Assembly (NCBI GenBank): GCA_963997635.1 | Contig: CAXEND010000004.1 | Span: 44,654-108,653, forward strand | Direction: 5' to 3' | DNA length: 64,000 nt | From: an uncultured Rhodospirillaceae bacterium | GTDB taxonomy: Bacteria > Pseudomonadota > Alphaproteobacteria > UBA828 | Shown here: piece by piece, positions 58,155 through 64,000 of the stretch | Numbering within the stretch: position 1 is the first letter of the stretch | Layout: every line of letters starts with the position of its first letter | Translations under genes and position numbers: made by a program | The notes under the pieces: model-generated | Seen by the model: only the letters and a program-made list of their open reading frames with translations | Database searches by the model: none | What the model was told of the DNA's origin: nothing

Positions 58155-60067
58155 AATTTTCTCAAAATGTATTGGACAAGAACATCAACGCTTTGCTCTA
58201 ATGACTGATCATCTGTATCAACAATTAAATCTGGTTTTTCAGGTTCTTCATAAGGTGCTGAAATACCAGTAAAATCACTTACCTCTCCTGCTCTAGCCCG
58301 CTTATAAAGACCTTTTGGATCTCTTTCTTCACAAACTTCTAGAGATGCTCTAACAAATACCTCATGAAATGGGCCCTCGCTATTGATTCTTTCCATAGCC
58401 CCACGTGCTCGATCTCTATCTGCTCTATATGGTGAAATAAATGCTGTAATTACAACCATTCCAGCATCAGCAAATAAGGCTGCAACTTCTCCTACTCTAC
58501 GTATATTCTCGGCCCTGTCCTCAGGAGAAAATGAAAGATTTGAGTTCAAACCCGAACGTACGTTGTCACCGTCAAGAAGATAAACACTATACCCCTTTTT
58601 GAATAGTAATCGTTCTGCCTCAAGAGCAATACTTGATTTTCCTGCTCCGGAAAGGCCCGTCAGCCAAACAACACCTCCATAGTGACCGTTTCTCTGTACA
58701 CGTGTCACAACAGGAACTCTATGTCCTACAGCATACAGGTTTGTCCCTTTTTCTGTGATTAAATCACGTTGATCAGGATAACCCTTCATGCTGATAACAC
58801 CACCAGCAACTATATCATTAGAATTAAGTAGTACAAAACGACCAGTGTGTTTATTTTTAGAAAATTCATCTATTGCAAGCATCGAGCGTGATCTAAAAAT
58901 TACCTCTGCAATATCATTACGTTTTACTTGAAGATGTTCTGTGATTTCTTTTCCTGCAGATAAATCATCCGTATCAATTACTCTATCAATTTCTTGTACT
59001 TTTACAGACGTCTCAAAAGTATTAATTCGTAGTTTATATTCTTCACCAACCTTAAGAGGTTTTTGTGCTAACCAAAATAGATGGGACCGGAAAACATTAC
59101 TTTCTAACGGCGGGCTTGAGATATGGCTCATTAATTCTCCACGCTCAATAAATAACTGTTCCTTAAGAGTTATACCTACAGATTCACCTTGTTTAGCTCT
59201 ACTTTTTGAAAAGTCCTCTGGCCAAGTAATTATATTTTTTATTTGAGCTTTACGATTCGAAGGAGAAAAAATCACATTATCTCCTGATTTTAAAACTCCA
59301 CATGTAACTTTTCCAGCTATGATTCTTCTAGAGTCAAAATGATAAATATCTTGTACTGGCATTCTTAAAGGTGAGTTTTCAAGATCATTCAAGATTTCGA
59401 GTGTATCAAAAGATTCTAAGACTGTAGGGCCTACATACCAACTCATCTTTTTTGATTTTTGAACTATATTATCTCCCTCACGGGCTATTATTGGAACAAT
59501 ACTAATTACTTTTAATCCCAAATTATCAAAATATTCTTTGACTTCCTTTTGAACTCTATCAAATTCACTTTGATTATATTGAACCAGATCCATTTTATTT
59601 ACAGCAACAACAACATTACTTATACCGAGCATATTTAGGATATATGTATGCCGACGTGATTGCTCTCGAAGACCCTCAGAACCGTCTATTACAAGTAAAG
59701 CCACGTCGCAACTTGCAGAACCAGAAATCATATTTTTGATAAATTCTTTATGGCCTGGTGCATCTACAATCACGTAATTTCTTTTTGTAGATTTAAACCA
59801 GATATGTGCTGCATCAATTGTTATAGCCTGATCTCGCTCAGCTTGAAAGGCATCCATCACAAAAGCAAATTCAAAAGGCATTCCTCTACGTTCTGACATT
59901 GCCTTAATTGCTTCAAATTTTCCCTCTGGTAACGATCCCGTATCATGTAAAAGTCTACCAACTAGTGTACTTTTGCCATGGTCAACGTGACCAACAATTG
60001 CAATTTTAACCTGATGGAGAGTTTGATTCTTAGGTAGTTTTATTGATTTTTTTTTGTTTTTATTCAT
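58133..60067 (-). CDS. cysNC: Bifunctional sulfate adenylyltransferase subunit 1 / APS kinase (CysNC/NodQ)
   Basis: [18 protein letters not shown] GTPase motifs; C-terminal [28 protein letters not shown]. Confidence 0.93.
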   Translation of the reverse strand: MNKNKKKSIKLPKNQTLHQVKIAIVGHVDHGKSTLVGRLLHDTGSLPEGKFEAIKAMSERRGMPFEFAFVMDAFQAERDQAITIDAAHIWFKSTKRNYVIVDAPGHKEFIKNMISGSASCDVALLVIDGSEGLREQSRRHTYILNMLGISNVVVAVNKMDLVQYNQSEFDRVQKEVKEYFDNLGLKVISIVPIIAREGDNIVQKSKKMSWYVGPTVLESFDTLEILNDLENSPLRMPVQDIYHFDSRRIIAGKVTCGVLKSGDNVIFSPSNRKAQIKNIITWPEDFSKSRAKQGESVGITLKEQLFIERGELMSHISSPPLESNVFRSHLFWLAQKPLKVGEEYKLRINTFETSVKVQEIDRVIDTDDLSAGKEITEHLQVKRNDIAEVIFRSRSMLAIDEFSKNKHTGRFVLLNSNDIVAGGVISMKGYPDQRDLITEKGTNLYAVGHRVPVVTRVQRNGHYGGVVWLTGLSGAGKSSIALEAERLLFKKGYSVYLLDGDNVRSGLNSNLSFSPEDRAENIRRVGEVAALFADAGMVVITAFISPYRADRDRARGAMERINSEGPFHEVFVRASLEVCEERDPKGLYKRARAGEVSDFTGISAPYEEPEKPDLIVDTDDQSLEQSVDVLVQYILRKFQDFSEG

Positions 60068-60079
60068 GGTTTTGAAACT

Positions 60080-60877
60080 CTACATATAACCATCTGCTCT
60101 GAGTCGCTCAAAGGCATCTTCTGATTCATGGTCCATAGCTCTACCAGATCTTTCTGCGGTTCTTGTTGTCTTAAGTTCCTCTATAACCTCACTAACTGTT
60201 TGTGCATTACTTTCTATTGGGTGTGTAATGTCTGAGTCACCCAATGACCTATATCTCTTGCCTTTATTTGCAAAATATAAAGAAATCATTGGAAGTCCTT
60301 CTCGTTCTGAATAACGCCAAATGTCTAACTCTGACCAATGTAACAACGGATGAATTCTGATGTGTGTATCGTCTGGAAAATCAGTTTTATATTGATCCCA
60401 AAATTCTGGGGGCTGATCTTTAAAATTCCAATTTCCTTCTCCACCCCTTGGACTAAAATATCGCTCCTTAGACCTAGTGCTCTCCTCGTCCCTTCTTATG
60501 CCCGCAAAAAGGCCTTTATATCCCTCTTGTTCTATCAATAATTTCAGCCCTGCTGTTTTCCTGGCAGCCGACCTAGCAGCTGGTGGCAAACTTGGATCAA
60601 TTTCTGATACTGGTGGGCACATGGAAGTAACAAGGTTCAAATTCCATTCTTTTGAATAGAAATCTCTAAATTGATACATTTCCTTAAATTTCTTCCCTGT
60701 ATCAACATGACATACGGGAAAGGGTACATTGCCAAAAAAAGCTTTACGACACAACCAAACCATGACGTTAGAATCTTTTCCAAGAGACCATAGTAGGGCT
60801 AGTTTATCAATTCGATTAAATGCTTCCCTAATTATGTAAATACTTTGGCTTTCAAGAGAATCCAGATGATCCATCAT
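60080..60877 (-). CDS. cysD: Sulfate adenylyltransferase subunit 2
   Basis: SLGKDS, VDTG, GIRRDEE..RSKER, RIHPL, YRSLG. Confidence 0.93.
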   Translation of the reverse strand: MMDHLDSLESQSIYIIREAFNRIDKLALLWSLGKDSNVMVWLCRKAFFGNVPFPVCHVDTGKKFKEMYQFRDFYSKEWNLNLVTSMCPPVSEIDPSLPPAARSAARKTAGLKLLIEQEGYKGLFAGIRRDEESTRSKERYFSPRGGEGNWNFKDQPPEFWDQYKTDFPDDTHIRIHPLLHWSELDIWRYSEREGLPMISLYFANKGKRYRSLGDSDITHPIESNAQTVSEVIEELKTTRTAERSGRAMDHESEDAFERLRADGYM

Positions 60878-60958
60878 CTTATATTTTACCTTATAAAAGT
60901 GCTAATTATAATTATATAACATAAAACTTATGTTTATAAAGTATTAACATAAAAATTT

Positions 60959-61795
60959 TTAAAAACCATCAGGTATATAATTAAATCTCAACATCTGCTC
61001 CCTATGAGCTTTTATGACCTCCTTTACCTGATCATCAGATAGAGTTTTACGCCATCCATCAGCCGTTCCTTGCCTAAAAAACATATCTTGAACTGGTGTA
61101 CGTTCTATAAAACCTTTTCTTTTTTCCTGAGCTTTCAAAATTTTAAAAGATGAAAATTTAATTGCTCTTTTTAATCGATCACGGGGTGGGTTTAGACCCA
61201 TAAACTTTGCAACATTTCCAAATGTTTGAGTTGGCCTCATTTGCATATCTTCATATTTAATAACATGAAGTAACTCACTACTCATTTGTGTCCAACTTTT
61301 CACATGAGTAGACCAATCACAATAAATCTCCGGAACATGTGTTTCACTTCTAGGCGATTGAAAATTCGGTGTAGACATTCCTTCAATCATTTTATTTATA
61401 CTGACACCTAAATGATCAGCGTAAGAAATAACAATATCGAGAGGATTCCTTACAATATATATAGCGGCATCCGACAAATGAGGAGTAATCATTGGTACTC
61501 CAGCATTTTCAACCATTGCGTTATGGGTTTTAACCAACACTGAGTCTGTTGAAAGGGATGCAATACGTGCGTGTGCTTTAGGCCGTTGTTCTGCAATCTC
61601 ACTTGGGGATAATTCTGATAGAGTTGATTTGTCGCCCAACCGAAACCACTTACCGTTGCTATCACCATGTGTGAGTTCAGACATCTGATTAATGTCAAAG
61701 GGTTGTTTTGCATTGGTGAGTAGATTATGCATAAAAGCCCTTAGCCACGTATTTCCTGATTTTGGATAAGAAGCTAGCCACAAAATGCCATTCAT
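60959..61795 (-). CDS. PAPS-dependent sulfotransferase (Sulfotransfer_1)
   Basis: ASYPKSGNTW, KTH, RNPLDIVIS, KYEDM, FFRQG...W. Confidence 0.9.
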   Translation of the reverse strand: MNGILWLASYPKSGNTWLRAFMHNLLTNAKQPFDINQMSELTHGDSNGKWFRLGDKSTLSELSPSEIAEQRPKAHARIASLSTDSVLVKTHNAMVENAGVPMITPHLSDAAIYIVRNPLDIVISYADHLGVSINKMIEGMSTPNFQSPRSETHVPEIYCDWSTHVKSWTQMSSELLHVIKYEDMQMRPTQTFGNVAKFMGLNPPRDRLKRAIKFSSFKILKAQEKRKGFIERTPVQDMFFRQGTADGWRKTLSDDQVKEVIKAHREQMLRFNYIPDGF

Positions 61796-61907
61796 TTTTT
61801 TCCCCTATGCAAAAAACATCGTAAAATATGAAGAATTTACACTCTGTATATTTTACCACTGAATTAAACTTAGATTCAGTCATCTATATTTAATTGAGAT
61901 CTAAATG

Positions 61908-61935
61908 AAAAAAGAGGCGGCTTTCGCCGCCTCTT
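61908..61935 (-). terminator. Intrinsic terminator of the porin gene
   Basis: Minus strand AAGAGGCGGC-GAAA-GCCGCCTCTT-TTTT: 10-bp stem, GNRA loop, U tract. Confidence 0.9.
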
Positions 61936-61961
61936 CCTAATGAATTCATATACTTGATGTA

Positions 61962-63098
61962 TTAGAATCCGATGGATGTTCCGATAAGAATGGAAGTCCA
62001 ACTGTTGTCATTGTTGTCACCAGCTGTCTCATCGTCAAACTCACCTGAACGAAGAGCTGCCTGGACATCAATTCCTGGGCCTAAGACGTAACTTGCAGCA
62101 AGCTCATAAAGGTCAAGCTCGTCTGTGCTCAAGTCAGTATTCTCAACTTCTGAATGTCCCCAACCTAAGCTGATTGAAGTTCCATTACCTAAGTTGTAGC
62201 TTGCACCAACATGATGATCGTTACGTTCTCGGTCGTTACCGTTTGTGTCTTGTGTAACCTGACTTGTAGAGAGTGTATCCATAGCAATAGTCACGCTACC
62301 GAAGGTAACAGCACCACCAAGGTTTACTGACTCTGGGTTGTCATTACAAGTCTGTGTAGCGGCTGAAGCATTACAACGCTCCAATACATAGGATTCAAAA
62401 CCACTGCGAATAGTTACGCTTCCACCACCGAAGTCAGCTGTATAGTTAGCTCCGACAGCAAAGTTGTTTTGAACTCCACCTGCTACATCAATAGTATTTC
62501 CACCATATTGCTGGTCTCCAGTGTCGTTTGGAGCATATGAAACAGCAAGATTTAAACCATTAAAGGATGGAAGTGCATAACGAATTTTGAAGTTATCGTC
62601 ATCACCGATACCATCATCATTAGTTCGGGTGAAGAGGTTACCACCACCGTTACCGAAGATGAAGAATGGTGAGTTAACACCAAAGTTAGAAGCAGCACCA
62701 CCACCAAAGGTAACACCGTTTCTCTGACGTGCACTTTCAACTTTACCAACTTCTAAAGAACCGAATGCACCGGAGATATACATGTGGGCTTCGTCAAAAG
62801 CTTCACTGTCTGTTGATTCTCCATTACCTTCGAGCTGAGCTGAAAAACCAACTGTTAGCCCATTATCAAGAGTAGTTGAACCACTTAAAGTCATTTCTAC
62901 GTCATGTCCGACTGCGTGACTATTACGCGCATCGGAAAGATTGCCATCATCATTGTCTTCGTTGATCATGGCCATGGCATTTTTCCAATAACCGTTGATA
63001 CCAACGGAAATAGGATCAGCAGCATTAGCAGTAGCAGCGCTTCCAGCTACGAAGCCAGCTACAGCAATCGCTGTTGTGCCGAGTAATACTTTCTTCAT
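61962..63098 (-). CDS. Alphaproteobacterial outer-membrane porin
   Basis: Signal peptide MKKVLLGTTA, TTLDNGLTVG, YVLGPG, C-terminal Phe; strong SD AGGAGGG. Confidence 0.92.
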   Translation of the reverse strand: MKKVLLGTTAIAVAGFVAGSAATANAADPISVGINGYWKNAMAMINEDNDDGNLSDARNSHAVGHDVEMTLSGSTTLDNGLTVGFSAQLEGNGESTDSEAFDEAHMYISGAFGSLEVGKVESARQRNGVTFGGGAASNFGVNSPFFIFGNGGGNLFTRTNDDGIGDDDNFKIRYALPSFNGLNLAVSYAPNDTGDQQYGGNTIDVAGGVQNNFAVGANYTADFGGGSVTIRSGFESYVLERCNASAATQTCNDNPESVNLGGAVTFGSVTIAMDTLSTSQVTQDTNGNDRERNDHHVGASYNLGNGTSISLGWGHSEVENTDLSTDELDLYELAASYVLGPGIDVQAALRSGEFDDETAGDNNDNSWTSILIGTSIGF

Positions 63099-63447
63099 AT
63101 TGTTTCCCTCCTAAGGAGTCCTAAATTTAGTTCATTAAACCAATACCCGATTAACATATAGGAACTGGCTTTGCATACACCCAGCGAAAATAGATCCGCT
63201 AAAGATGAACACATAAACAAATTACTAAAGCATCGTATAGGTTCAAGCACTTATGGGCAGATATGCAACATTTTTGAGTTATTGTTGCAATATTGCACCA
63301 ATTTTAGGCCTTAACTCCAGCTTATTATTAATAGAAAGATTTGGCGAGCAGTAAATCCTGTGTTATGTCCACTGTTTAATAACAAAAAAATAGTTTAATG
63401 TATGCTTGTAATAGCTTTTAGATCATTACTTAAAATCTTGGGTTTTC

Positions 63448-64000
63448 ATGATAATACTAAATTCAACAAAAATAAGAATATTTATAGTATCCATCACTCT
63501 TCTACTCTTTACTCTGGTTATGTATGGATGTGGCTCACAGGCAACTGATGAAAAGTATCTTGAAGGTGATGCTAGAGACCGTTCAAACCCCTTGTTTGGT
63601 GAAAGTATTTTTGGTGAAGGGGGACTGCAGCTTTTTGGCGGTGACAGTGTTTGGGGAGACGATAATCAAGGAAGTGGAATAGGTGTCAATAGTTTTCTTT
63701 GGAGAGCAAGCCTAGATGCAATGTCGTTCATGCCTCTTTCTTCCGCCGACCCTTTCGGTGGAGTGATAATAACAGAATGGTTTGGTCCTCCAGATGTTGA
63801 GGGCGAACGTTTTAAAATGACAGTATACATACTAGGCAGAGTTTTAAGAGCAGATGCTCTAAAAGTATCTCTTTTTAGGCAAATTAAATCCCAGTCAGGA
63901 GATTGGGCAGATGCAAAAGTTAGTCCAGAAACGATAACCAATCTTGAAAATAGAATTCTTGAAAGAGCAAGGCAGCTAAAAACTGTCCAGGCTGACAATT
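63448..64000 (+). CDS. DUF3576 putative lipoprotein, truncated by window end
   Basis: Hand translation: hydrophobic leader ending VMYGC, then GVNSFLWRASLDAMSFMPLSSADPFGGVIITEWF. Confidence 0.85.
   Translation, partial: MIILNSTKIRIFIVSITLLLFTLVMYGCGSQATDEKYLEGDARDRSNPLFGESIFGEGGLQLFGGDSVWGDDNQGSGIGVNSFLWRASLDAMSFMPLSSADPFGGVIITEWFGPPDVEGERFKMTVYILGRVLRADALKVSLFRQIKSQSGDWADAKVSPETITNLENRILERARQLKTVQADN

Noticed and set aside
1699-63086. The many 60-155 aa ORFs nested in or antisense to annotated genes (e.g. 17183-17557, 21101-21472, 24756-25172, 31806-32171, 42171-42638)
   Set aside because: No recognisable motifs, and all overlap well-supported genes; treated as shadow ORFs
63666-63998. 110-aa minus-strand ORF
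   Set aside because: Antisense shadow of the plus-strand DUF3576 gene

Overview
AT-rich chromosomal window from what looks like a streamlined marine alphaproteobacterium (Rhodospirillales-like gene order ftsK-lolA-xth...cenR-yggS...porin-DUF3576). Bases 1-28146 are a large surface-glycan locus. It holds a legionaminic-acid-type pathway (legB/C/H/I/G-like) with a Capsule_synth-family transferase, a four-gene cassette (atypical APS kinase, Sat, pyruvate-kinase homologue with altered active-site motifs, Thr-type alkaline-phosphatase-superfamily protein), phosphonate genes (pepM fused to an NTP transferase, ppd), a GT2/GT-C/flippase/methyltransferase module, a carbamoyltransferase, an O-antigen ligase, and WbpL/WbpM homologues. 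Its regulation is visible in the DNA: a locally encoded RfaH, a perfect ops element (GGCGGTAGCGTG) in the leader of a wHTH regulator, and two perfect palindromes 32 bp apart. The rest is mostly housekeeping (purH, speDE, gdhA, mtnA/aldolase, tRNA-Gly, cnoX, ftsK, lolA, xth, yggS, porin). It also contains a cNMP-protein/atypical ABC exporter/GT4/deacetylase/MBL block, a second and canonical PAPS system (cysD-cysNC) with sulfotransferases, and a CenR orthologue with an eroded receiver domain. No CRISPR array, rRNA or mobile element was seen. All calls come from motif recognition by eye; no database searches were run.
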